A DNA stretch of 32,000 nt from the NCBI GenBank assembly GCA_025058225.1, contig JANXEE010000009.1, positions 19,518-51,517 on the forward strand. Direction: 5' to 3'. This DNA is from Candidatus Calditenuaceae archaeon (lineage in GTDB: Archaea > Thermoproteota > Nitrososphaeria_A > Caldarchaeales > Calditenuaceae). Both the position numbers and the translations under genes were made by a program. The notes under the pieces were generated by a model. It was not told where the DNA came from. It searched no databases and was given only the letters and a program-made list of their open reading frames with translations. The first letter of the stretch is position 1. Each line of letters starts with the position of its first letter. Shown piece after piece: positions 1 to 8,035 of this stretch.

Positions 1-1387
1 CGACCAGCAGCTCTCCCCTCTTGAGGTTCAAGTTGACCGCATGGGGCGTGATCAGACCGGTCCGTGGACCCTGGATTACTCTCAGTGGAGGCTCCTCACC
101 GTCTGCACCAGCTCTGAAAGTCAGGATGGCCGCTGCTAACGGGTTCGGTACCACGACTTCGTCTCTCAGGGGGTTATAGCAAATTCCGTGCATTGTCCTA
201 GAAAGCCGGGTTCTCTGTCCTTCAACGACCCTGAGAGGAGCGGGAGCGCCGCTCGTCACCGGGTCGAACGCATAAAGTCGTGGCTGAGTCACGCAGTTGG
301 CAACGATGACCTGCCTCCTCCTCGAGTCGAATGTCGCGGCCATCGGATTGCCGAACCCTATCACGTGGGCATCGGGTGGGGCGAGCCTGAGTACCCTCTT
401 GGGCGGCACGTTACCGTCGGAATCCTCGTCGAAGACCAGAACGCTCCTATCTCCTAGGTTAGCTACCCATAGCTCACCGGATTCCGTGTCGACTTGGACA
501 GATACAGGTCTGTTGATGCCTGTGCTCTTCCCCCGTATCACCCTCTTGGGGGACACGTCCCCTCCAGACCTGCGGTCGAACACCAGCACGGAGTCGTCAC
601 CATTGTTCGCAACGAACACCTCGTCCTTCTCGACGTTCACGTGGATGCCCATGGGCCAATTCAGCTGTGTGCTCTGACCGGATATCTTCCTCTTCGGTGG
701 GTGGTCACCGCTCGCGTTTCGGTCGTAGAAGTTTACAGAAGGCATGAGGAACCTCCCGCCGTACTGCATCTCACTGACGTCAAGGTCCAGTTCCCTTATC
801 ATCACACCTTCCTGATTCCAATTCCCGTGACAGGCAACGACTATTTCGTTGTTCTTCTCATCCAGAAAGATGCCCCTCGGATCGGCCATGTCGGAGCTCA
901 GACCGTATATCGACCTGTCTGGGTGAGGACACGAGGCGGGAGCACTATAGATCCTCTGCCTGTCGAGGACGACCACGCCGAAGGTCTGGACGGAAATCGC
1001 AATCTCCTTCTCACTCAGGGAGATTCCCCAGGCCCTGTGGGGTACCATCACCTTCCTCTTCGGTCTGACGTTCCCATCGTCCTCGTAATCGAAGACGACC
1101 ATGCTGTCCTCGATGTCGTTGTTCACGGCGAATATCTCGCCGCTGTTGGGATCGACAGCAACACCCGCGACGAATCCGACCTCGGTTTGAGGACCGATGA
1201 TGTGCCTTCTGGGTCTTACGACATCTCCCGGAGCAGTGGCGTCGTCCAGCGAATACATCAGCAGACTCTTTAAGTTGGTGTCGCTGAGGAACACCATCCT
1301 GTTGTGAGGGTCAACGGCCATTCCGTTTATGATGGGATAAGGATCGAGAACGTACTTCGCAGGCTTATAGATTATTTCATCGGGCAT
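1..1387 (-). CDS. beta-propeller repeat protein (NHL/YncE/lactonase-like); C-terminus lies beyond the window edge
   Basis: Absent from the ORF track because it has no stop inside the window. My hand translation of the reverse strand from ATG (complement of 1385-1387) stays open to base 1: MPDEIIYKPAKYVLDPYPIINGMAVDPHNRMVFLSDTN... A blade-like signature recurs, e.g. AVNNDIEDSMVVFDYEDDGNVRPKRKV, VANNGDDSVLVFDRRSGGDVSPKRVI, VANLGDRSVLVFDEDSDGNVPPKRVL. No N-terminal signal peptide is evident. The + strand ORFs 188-457, 297-677 and 494-1273 are antisense shadows of this gene. Confidence 0.7.
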   Translation of the reverse strand, partial: MPDEIIYKPAKYVLDPYPIINGMAVDPHNRMVFLSDTNLKSLLMYSLDDATAPGDVVRPRRHIIGPQTEVGFVAGVAVDPNSGEIFAVNNDIEDSMVVFDYEDDGNVRPKRKVMVPHRAWGISLSEKEIAISVQTFGVVVLDRQRIYSAPASCPHPDRSIYGLSSDMADPRGIFLDEKNNEIVVACHGNWNQEGVMIRELDLDVSEMQYGGRFLMPSVNFYDRNASGDHPPKRKISGQSTQLNWPMGIHVNVEKDEVFVANNGDDSVLVFDRRSGGDVSPKRVIRGKSTGINRPVSVQVDTESGELWVANLGDRSVLVFDEDSDGNVPPKRVLRLAPPDAHVIGFGNPMAATFDSRRRQVIVANCVTQPRLYAFDPVTSGAPAPLRVVEGQRTRLSRTMHGICYNPLRDEVVVPNPLAAAILTFRAGADGEEPPLRVIQGPRTGLITPHAVNLNLKRGELLV

Positions 1388-1410
1388 GCGGCCAGAGGAG
1401 CCGTGCTGTC

Positions 1411-1424
1411 ATTAATAAGTATTA
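1411..1424 (-). promoter_or_regulatory. TATA-like box for the beta-propeller gene
   Basis: attaataagtatta lies 24-37 nt upstream of the minus-strand ATG at 1387. Confidence 0.35.
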
Positions 1425-1446
1425 ACAGATGGATAACCTGATAGAG

Positions 1447-1470
1447 TCCGACCGCCCCCATCTCCGACCG
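1447..1470. repeat. direct repeat TCCGACCG x2 (16-nt register), with a degenerate third copy CCCGACCC at 1488-1495
   Basis: Read directly in the 200-nt divergent spacer between the beta-propeller and CoA-ligase genes. Confidence 0.6.
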
Positions 1471-1477
1471 ATTTCGG

Positions 1478-3130
1478 GTGGCACCAGCCCGACCCTTTAG
1501 CCCGTTCAATCGGGGCCCTGCTTCTGGCCGAGCCTTCAGCCCTCTTAACAGTAAAGCTAATATTAGGTCGGATTTGGGGGCTGAACAGTTGACCAAGCTC
1601 AACCTCGCTGAAGAGCTGATAGATAAATGGGTTGATCTCGGCCGGGACAGGGCTGAAGCTGTATTCGAGGTGAACGAGGGTGCCAACGGTTTCGGGGCTG
1701 TTACCTACCAGGGGCTGCAGGATTACACTTGTCGAATAGCGAGTTTCCTGAGGGATCTGAACGTGGGGTGGTTCAACAGGGTCGCGATTCTACTCTCCGA
1801 TAGTGTAGCGTGGATCGCCTCGTTCCTCGGAGCGGTAAGAATAGGGGCCGTACCGGTGATAATCTCACCGCTGAACAGGCCAGAGACTTGGAGTTTCATC
1901 GTGAGGGACTCGAGACCTAAGGTCCTAATAACCGACTCGAAGATCTTCAGGTCGTATCCTTGGACCAACAGCGGCCACTTTCCAAAAGCAACGGTGCTGG
2001 TCGACGAACCGCTCAACGGTCATCCTTCATTGAAGGAGGTGATGGAAGACTCAGCATCATTCTCGGAATTCGTCGAACCGGCCGATACGGTCGCTGACGA
2101 CTTCGCATTCATATTGTACACGTCGGGGTCGACAGCGGTCCCGAAGGGCGTCATGCACCTACAGCACGACCTCCCCGAAGCAGCCGATAGCCTATTCAGG
2201 GACGCACTCGGACTGTGCGAGGGTGACAGGTTCTATTCGGTCTCCAAACTCTATTTCAGCTTCGGCATGACCAACACGCTTTCAGCGTTGAGACTGGGAG
2301 CCTCCGCGATCGTGGACGGTGAGAGGTCGACACCTGAGAGGGTGCTTAGAGTTCTGAATCTCCTCGAACCGACGGCTGTGTTCGCAGCTGCGACAGTCTA
2401 CGCACGTCTGCTGGATAGAATTGATGAGAGAAATTCTTCAACCATCAAGAAGATCAAGGTACTGGTCTCAGGGGGGGAACACCTCCCTGAGAAAGTACAG
2501 CAGGCATGGTATGAGCGGTTCGGGAAGTCTCTTATAGACGGCATAGGATCTACCGAGTACCTCCACAAAGTCACCTTCAATGGACCCGGTTGCTTCAAGA
2601 GCGGAAGCCTCGGAAAACCGCTAAAATCACACGATGTCAAAATTGTCGATGAGGACTGGAACGAGCTGAAACCCGGTCAGGTGGGGAGGCTGGCCGTAAA
2701 GTGCGAGGCCTGTACTCCTCTGTATTGGCACAGATCCGATCTCAATAGGAAGGTCATAAGAGGAGGGTGGGTAATGCTTGATGACCTGTGCTACATCGAC
2801 GAGGAGGGATTCCTGTTTCACGTTGGGAGAGCCAACGAAATGATCAAGCAGGCTGGCATGTGGGTTTCCCCATTCGAAATAGAGGACGTATTAATGGGGC
2901 ATCCTGCTGTCTCCGAGGCCTTAGTCGTAAAGGCGACAGACGAGCGTGGATTGCACAGGGTCAGGGCACTCGTGGTTTTGAAGAAGAGCGTAGCGCCATC
3001 CTCTCAGCTCGCTCACGAACTGAAAGAATTCGTCAAATCTAAACTGGAACCATACAAGAGACCGGAATGGATAGAATTCGTTGAAGAACTACCGCTTACC
3101 GTCACCGGCAAAAGGAAACGAATATTGTAA
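1478..3130 (+). CDS. AMP-forming aromatic acid-CoA ligase (benzoate / 4-hydroxybenzoate-CoA ligase family)
   Basis: AMP-binding motif ILYTSGSTAVPKGVMH. Also DGIGSTE, and a C-terminal block GGWVMLDDLCYIDEEGFLFHVGRANEMIKQAGMWVSPFEIEDVLMGHPAVSEALVV...GKRKRIL that is collinear with benzoate-CoA ligases as I remember them. The first ~37 codons (MAPARPFSPFNRGPASGRAF...) look non-native. The true start is probably the in-frame TTG at 1589 (or 1574), about 25 nt downstream of a TATA-like box at 1553-1565. Confidence 0.85.
   Translation: MAPARPFSPFNRGPASGRAFSPLNSKANIRSDLGAEQLTKLNLAEELIDKWVDLGRDRAEAVFEVNEGANGFGAVTYQGLQDYTCRIASFLRDLNVGWFNRVAILLSDSVAWIASFLGAVRIGAVPVIISPLNRPETWSFIVRDSRPKVLITDSKIFRSYPWTNSGHFPKATVLVDEPLNGHPSLKEVMEDSASFSEFVEPADTVADDFAFILYTSGSTAVPKGVMHLQHDLPEAADSLFRDALGLCEGDRFYSVSKLYFSFGMTNTLSALRLGASAIVDGERSTPERVLRVLNLLEPTAVFAAATVYARLLDRIDERNSSTIKKIKVLVSGGEHLPEKVQQAWYERFGKSLIDGIGSTEYLHKVTFNGPGCFKSGSLGKPLKSHDVKIVDEDWNELKPGQVGRLAVKCEACTPLYWHRSDLNRKVIRGGWVMLDDLCYIDEEGFLFHVGRANEMIKQAGMWVSPFEIEDVLMGHPAVSEALVVKATDERGLHRVRALVVLKKSVAPSSQLAHELKEFVKSKLEPYKRPEWIEFVEELPLTVTGKRKRIL
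1553..1565 (+). promoter_or_regulatory. TATA-like box for the CoA-ligase gene
   Basis: aaagctaatatta lies about 25-35 nt upstream of the in-frame TTG at 1589, suggesting a leaderless or short-leader mRNA. Confidence 0.35.
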
Positions 3131-3193
3131 CGGATAGGCAAGGCGTTATACCCATCAGAGCTTCAATAAAAGAGCTCCTCAGAGCCCGAGTTG

Positions 3194-4198
3194 TCAGAGC
3201 CGGAGCAACCTTTCGGCATTCCTGTGCGTGATGTCCTCGATGGCGCCCTCGGGAAGACCGAGTGACACGAGTGATCTAATTATCTCGGCAACCCATCTCT
3301 CCCCATGATCAGGACCAAACGGAAAGTCGGTCGCGAAAAGGACGTGACTCGGTCCGAAGAATTCAATCCCGCATCGTAACGCAATAGCTGATCCCGAGAC
3401 CGCTGTGTCGGCATAAATAGACCTGAAGTAATCCAGTGGATGTCTTGCCAGCGGCCTTTCTAGAAATGTATGGCCTGCATATATTCGCGGATACTGAACA
3501 GCCTCATCGTAGAAGCCCCTGATCCTCTCCGCGAAGAAACTTATCATACCTCCGAGGTGGTGTGTTATTATCTTAACGTTGGGATAAGATTCTAGGATGC
3601 CGCTGAATACAAGCCTGCTGACTGCGACAGATGTGTCGAAAGGCCATCCGAGGGTCTGAGCGATGTTGTACTCATAGACCCACGGGTAGTATTGGAATTC
3701 AATCGGGTGGAGGAGTATAGGAACTCTCAGTCTCTCGACCTCAGCGAAGAAGTCCTTGAATTGGTCAAGCGGTCTGCCCTCAACATTGGTGTACACCTGA
3801 ACCGCTTTAACACCGAGGTCCCTGACAGCTCTTCTCAACTCCTCTATGAATTCACCCTCGAGACGTGGGAGAGTAGCAGCCGGAATCAGCCTGTCAGCGA
3901 ACCTCTCACACAGATCGGCGACGGTATCGTTAGCGAGCCTAGTCAGCCTAAGGGCTCTCCTTTCGCTCAGCCCTTCCCAGAGCTTAGATCCACCCGCAAG
4001 AGAAACGACCTGTTTCTCAATTCCGTGATTATCCATCATCATTAGCCTCACTTCAGGATCGGTAAAGTAACGGAACTCGTCCTCCACCTCTGCCTTCACG
4101 AACCTCACTAAGGCAGGGATACGAGTCCTGACATACTCCTGTAGGAACTCCCTTGGATAGATGTGGTTGAAAACGTCTATCAAGACGAGATCTTTCAC
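3194..4198 (-). CDS. amidohydrolase_2 (PF04909-type; ACMSD/LigW/LigI/LigJ superfamily) paralog 1
   Basis: GTG start. N-terminal LIDVFNHIYP aligns with the IDxHxHxxP metal motif. The mid-protein THHLGGMISFF and the C-terminal FATDFPFGP Asp motif are typical of the TIM-barrel decarboxylase/hydrolase family. Paralogous to the ORFs at 8036 and 14950. Confidence 0.85.
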   Translation of the reverse strand: MKDLVLIDVFNHIYPREFLQEYVRTRIPALVRFVKAEVEDEFRYFTDPEVRLMMMDNHGIEKQVVSLAGGSKLWEGLSERRALRLTRLANDTVADLCERFADRLIPAATLPRLEGEFIEELRRAVRDLGVKAVQVYTNVEGRPLDQFKDFFAEVERLRVPILLHPIEFQYYPWVYEYNIAQTLGWPFDTSVAVSRLVFSGILESYPNVKIITHHLGGMISFFAERIRGFYDEAVQYPRIYAGHTFLERPLARHPLDYFRSIYADTAVSGSAIALRCGIEFFGPSHVLFATDFPFGPDHGERWVAEIIRSLVSLGLPEGAIEDITHRNAERLLRL

Positions 4199-4220
4199 GC
4201 GATCGCCAAGATCACGGTTG

Positions 4221-4228
4221 TTATATAA
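4221..4228. promoter_or_regulatory. palindromic TATA box in a divergent promoter region
   Basis: TTATATAA (a perfect palindrome) lies 23-30 nt upstream of the minus-strand GTG at 4198. It sits in the 77-nt spacer shared with the Mo-enzyme gene. Confidence 0.45.
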
Positions 4229-4275
4229 ACCATGGAACTCATGAGCTGTTGGTTCGAAACAACGATTAATACAGA

Positions 4276-6699
4276 GTGGGGGCGCGGTGTGACCGGATAC
4301 CTTTGAGCACGAAATTAGTGGGTCGGGGGATCCTAAGGCGCGAGGACCTCAGGTTCGTTAAAGGACTGGGAAAATACGTGGCCGATCTGGCACCGGATGA
4401 CGCGCTACATGTTGCGCTTCTGCGATCGCCATTACCGCACGCCGTAATAAGGGGAGTGAGAGCCGATAGGGCCAGAGTCTCGCCGGGAGTGAGACTCGTC
4501 GTAACGGGGCCCGAACTTCCGAGACTGATGAGACCCTTCAGACACCTGATACCGACCCCACCTTATTATCCCATGGCCGTAGATAAGGTAAGGTTCGTGG
4601 GGGAACCCGTCGCCGCGGTCGTTGCGGAGAGCAGAACCCAGGCGGTCGATGCGCTGGAGCTTATAGAAGTTGATTATGAACCGCTGAGACCCGTCATCGA
4701 CCCCGATGAAGCCCTAGAGGGGAAATCGCCACTCGTTCACGAGGGTTTCACGAACAACATCGCCTGGACGGGTAACTACGTTTACGGTGATGTAGAAAGC
4801 GCCTTCAGGAGCGCAGACCTGATAGTGTCATCCAAGTTCGTAGTAAACAGGTTCAGCTCCACACCGATAGAACCGTCGGCTGTCCTGTCTTACTTCGACA
4901 GATCTTCCGGAGACCTCTACATCTACGATCAGAATCATCAGGCCCCGATGCACCATGCGAGATTAGCTGATGTCCTCAAGTTACCGCAGAACAAACTGGT
5001 CTACGCCGTCCCGGACGTGGGTGGTGGATTCGGAAATAAGGTGATGATCTACCCATACTCTGCCCTCATCGGTCTGCTTTCGATAATGGTAGACAGGCCT
5101 GTGATGTGGGTTGCTGACAGAAGGGAGGACATGGCGGCCCTGATGCAGACACCGATGAGGATCGCGACAGCGGAAGCGGCTGTTAGGTCAGACGGCAAGG
5201 TGTTAGGGTTACGAATCAAACTCATCGAAGACTTCGGAGCTCATATGAGACATCCTGAACCGCAAAACGTGACCAGACCATTCGCGTGCATGCTGGGTCC
5301 GTATGACATCGGCGCCATACGACTCGATGCAGTGGGCGTTTTCACCAACAAATCTCCCACAGGACCTAATAGGGCCTACGGCCGAACACATACGTTCTTC
5401 GTGCTTGAGAGGCTGATGGACATAATATCGAAGAGACTGGGCCTTGACCCTGTAGAGATCAGAATGAGGAACTTCATACCGACTGAGAGGATGCCCTATA
5501 CCAACCCGATCGGGTCGGTGTATGATGGAGGCAACTACCATGAAATGATGAGGATACTGCTCACGAAGTTCGATTACGAGGGTTGGAAAAGTAAGAGGGA
5601 AAAATTCTGGCAAGTAGGACGACCGGTAGGAATAGGAGTGGCGGCCATAATAGAACCGGCTGTTACTAACTCTCAGGTCGTATCTCTGTGGGGGTCAGAG
5701 ATAGGAAAGAGATATGCGGGGTCATCTGAAGCTGCTATGATAACGGTTTTCCCGACCGGTAAGGTAGAGGTTAGAATGGGAACCATCCCACAGGGTCAGG
5801 GACACGAAACGGTAGCCGCACAGGTGGTAGCTGAATTGCTCCAGATACCCATGGAAGACGTCAACGTCATTTCAGGCTTCAACTCTAGAACTCACCCCTA
5901 TAGCGGTGACTCAGGAACTTATGCAAGCAGGTTCTCGGTGATGGCAGTAGGAGCTATAACGGGAGCTGCCATCAAAATCAGGGAAAAGATGAAGAGAATC
6001 GCTGCCAACATTCTCGGAACCGATCCAGAACACATCTCTCTAACTGACGGAGAGTTCAGGGACGGCGTAACACAAAGCAGCGTCTCCTTCAGGGAGGTGT
6101 GCAGGGCTGCTTACAATCAGCTGGCCTTACTACCGGAGGGGATGGAGCCCGGACTTCATGCCGTCCATGTTCACAGGTTCGAATCCTCACCGGCGGACGA
6201 TAACAAGTCAGCTAACTTCGCGGTGACCTACTCGCCTGCGATGGCGGCAGCTGCCGTTGAGTTAGACCCCGAGACGTTCGAGGTGAAGGTACTGAGGCTG
6301 GTAATGATAGAGGACATAGGTACGATACTCAATCCCGTGATAGCTGAGGGGCAGGCACATGGTGCGATGGCTCACGGACTGGGAGCAGCGTTATACGAGC
6401 AGTATGTTTACGACCGATCTACGGGCCAGCTCCTCAGTTCAACATTTATCGACTACTTGGTACCTACAGCCCTCGAGATGCCCGAACTTGAGGTTCACCA
6501 CTACGTCACAAGGTCTCTCGTCACGGATTGGGGTTCTAGGGGAGGCCCTGGTGAGAGCGGAACCCCTCTTGTTGCGGTCACGATAGCAAACGCGATCTCC
6601 GATGCCCTTGATCCGCTAGGTGTGGACATCAACGAGATCCCTATCACCCCGTCCAAATTGTGGAGCCTGTCCAGAAACAGGGAAAGGGGTGCAATTTAG
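4276..6699 (+). CDS. xanthine oxidase / aldehyde oxidase family molybdopterin-binding large subunit (CoxL/CutA/HcrA-like hydroxylase)
   Basis: N-terminal VGRGILRREDLRFVKGLGKYVADL, the MoCo motif DVGGGFGNKV, and the C-terminal catalytic-Glu context GGPGESGTP. The active-site loop reads PNRAYGRTH (nt 5371-5385 = RAYGR). GTG start at 4276. An alternative in-frame TTG at 4303 sits about 30 nt downstream of gattaataca (4264-4273). Confidence 0.9.
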   Translation: MGARCDRIPLSTKLVGRGILRREDLRFVKGLGKYVADLAPDDALHVALLRSPLPHAVIRGVRADRARVSPGVRLVVTGPELPRLMRPFRHLIPTPPYYPMAVDKVRFVGEPVAAVVAESRTQAVDALELIEVDYEPLRPVIDPDEALEGKSPLVHEGFTNNIAWTGNYVYGDVESAFRSADLIVSSKFVVNRFSSTPIEPSAVLSYFDRSSGDLYIYDQNHQAPMHHARLADVLKLPQNKLVYAVPDVGGGFGNKVMIYPYSALIGLLSIMVDRPVMWVADRREDMAALMQTPMRIATAEAAVRSDGKVLGLRIKLIEDFGAHMRHPEPQNVTRPFACMLGPYDIGAIRLDAVGVFTNKSPTGPNRAYGRTHTFFVLERLMDIISKRLGLDPVEIRMRNFIPTERMPYTNPIGSVYDGGNYHEMMRILLTKFDYEGWKSKREKFWQVGRPVGIGVAAIIEPAVTNSQVVSLWGSEIGKRYAGSSEAAMITVFPTGKVEVRMGTIPQGQGHETVAAQVVAELLQIPMEDVNVISGFNSRTHPYSGDSGTYASRFSVMAVGAITGAAIKIREKMKRIAANILGTDPEHISLTDGEFRDGVTQSSVSFREVCRAAYNQLALLPEGMEPGLHAVHVHRFESSPADDNKSANFAVTYSPAMAAAAVELDPETFEVKVLRLVMIEDIGTILNPVIAEGQAHGAMAHGLGAALYEQYVYDRSTGQLLSSTFIDYLVPTALEMPELEVHHYVTRSLVTDWGSRGGPGESGTPLVAVTIANAISDALDPLGVDINEIPITPSKLWSLSRNRERGAI

Positions 6700-6707
6700 A
6701 CTGCCTC

Positions 6708-6714
6708 TTTTTTT
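6708..6714 (+). terminator. oligo-T tract (archaeal terminator-like)
   Basis: A run of seven T begins 9 nt after the Mo-enzyme TAG stop (6697-6699). Confidence 0.35.
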
Positions 6715-6730
6715 AAAGATTGAAGAAAAA

Positions 6731-6742
6731 ATTTATTTAATA
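6731..6742 (+). promoter_or_regulatory. TATA/BRE-like box for binding protein 1
   Basis: gaaaaa-atttatttaata lies 21-32 nt upstream of GTG 6763. Confidence 0.5.
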
Positions 6743-6762
6743 GTAAATTTTGGTTTACCGCC

Positions 6763-7896
6763 GTGAATAGAAGGCAGGCCATATCTAAGCTCAGTGCCGG
6801 TTTAATAGGTGCGACGATTACGGGCGTAAGCGGTTTCGTTGCCGGCAGTTATTTAGCACCATTCCAACAACCACGTCAGGTCCAACCGGAGTTGAGGGAG
6901 AGGACGGTCACGGTGGAACGGACGCTGGAGCGAACTTTGACCCAGACCGTCACCACCCAGCCCAGACTTGAGCCCGTGCCATTGAGGTTCGTAGCGACTG
7001 AGGGGGGCGTTACGACCGCACCCAACGCGTTGATGGCTAAGAATTTGCAGGATAGAGGCCCTCAGGTAGGTCTCAGGTTCGAATCGTTTAACGTCGTGAG
7101 GGGGACAGGTGAGGCTGTTAGGGAGCTTACAGACGGCAGGGCCGACGTCATTGGCCCGGTCTCAGTACTGTCGTTGATGGGTGCCATTGAGCGACAGCCC
7201 AACATCAGGATCTTCTATTTCAACGACTATGGAGCCTACGCCGGCATAGTAGTAGGACCCAACGTGCCCTATCGGTCTCTGGAGGACATGAGAAGAGCCA
7301 TTGAGCAAGGTCGGAAGATCAAGATCGCATTTACTAGACCCGGATCTCTCTCCCACTCCTACTCCATTCTCTTAGCTAGGTTGCTGGGCGTTGAATACGG
7401 AAGGGAGATCGAGGGGGTGTCGCTTGGCGAGGACGCCGCGATAATTGCGGCACTAGTAAGGGGAGATGTAGATGCTTACACTACTGCGAACATAATTCTA
7501 GGCTGGTCTTTAGAAGAAGAGGGCAGGGGTAGAGTGATTTTCTACTTCAGAGACCTCATTGGAACACAGTGGCATGAGCTCTCCTATGCGACAACTACTG
7601 AGGTCATGACCAGAAGTCGTGAAGCCATTAGGCGATTCGTAACCTACATACGGGAAACGACTAGAATCGCGATGTTAGACAAAGAGCTGACCGTCTCAAA
7701 CATGACAGCAGACCCACCGAGAGGACTCGGTGTGAAAAGGCCTGCCGCGGAAAGATACTACAGCTTTTACCTTCCGAACATGGTTGGCGCACCGGTCAGA
7801 GAGGCCCTCCAGCCAATGAGGGAGATAGCGGTGAACGCCGGTATAACTAGGAACCCTCCAGAGCCACAGCAACTGTACACAACCGAGTTCCTCTGA
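6763..7896 (+). CDS. ABC transporter substrate-binding protein, NMT1/SsuA/TauA-like (NitT/TauT family), paralog 1
   Basis: GTG start. Twin-arginine N-terminus MNRRQAISKL followed by the hydrophobic helix AGLIGATITGVSGFVAGSYLA, then a T/V/R/E-rich linker. The mature domain is collinear with the ORFs at 10725 and 11987 (shared blocks GRADVIGPV, KIFYF, RPGSLSH, EEEGRGR[IV]I[FY]YF, WHEL, RNPP.P.Q.YT..F). Confidence 0.85.
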   Translation: MNRRQAISKLSAGLIGATITGVSGFVAGSYLAPFQQPRQVQPELRERTVTVERTLERTLTQTVTTQPRLEPVPLRFVATEGGVTTAPNALMAKNLQDRGPQVGLRFESFNVVRGTGEAVRELTDGRADVIGPVSVLSLMGAIERQPNIRIFYFNDYGAYAGIVVGPNVPYRSLEDMRRAIEQGRKIKIAFTRPGSLSHSYSILLARLLGVEYGREIEGVSLGEDAAIIAALVRGDVDAYTTANIILGWSLEEEGRGRVIFYFRDLIGTQWHELSYATTTEVMTRSREAIRRFVTYIRETTRIAMLDKELTVSNMTADPPRGLGVKRPAAERYYSFYLPNMVGAPVREALQPMREIAVNAGITRNPPEPQQLYTTEFL

Positions 7897-8000
7897 GATG
7901 ATGCTACTGGCTCAATGAATGTTTATTGAGGAACGCCTAGCAGCCCGGACGTAGCTAAACTGCTCGAGTGCGTGGTTTCATTTTCTTCAAAATGTCGCGA

Positions 8001-8015
8001 AAATTTTAAAAATAA
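8001..8015 (+). promoter_or_regulatory. TATA-like box for amidohydrolase paralog 2 and the permease operon
   Basis: aaattttaaaaataa lies 21-35 nt upstream of GTG 8036. Confidence 0.5.
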
Positions 8016-8035
8016 CACCAACTCACGATGCCGGC

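Noticed and set aside
188-1273. The + strand ORFs 188-457, 297-677 and 494-1273 (up to 259 aa).
   Set aside because: Their translations are low-complexity and non-protein-like (e.g. MDRYRSVDACALPPYHPLGGHVPSRP...). They lie exactly antisense to a convincing repeat-containing beta-propeller ORF, so they are antisense shadow ORFs typical of GC-rich coding DNA.
4276-6699. Annotating the Mo enzyme as a carbon monoxide dehydrogenase large subunit (CoxL).
   Set aside because: The discriminating active-site loop is PNRAYGRTH. From memory, the form I loop is AYxCSFR and the form II loop is AYRGAGR; this matches neither. The CoxM/CoxS partners are absent and the genomic context is aromatic-acid catabolism.
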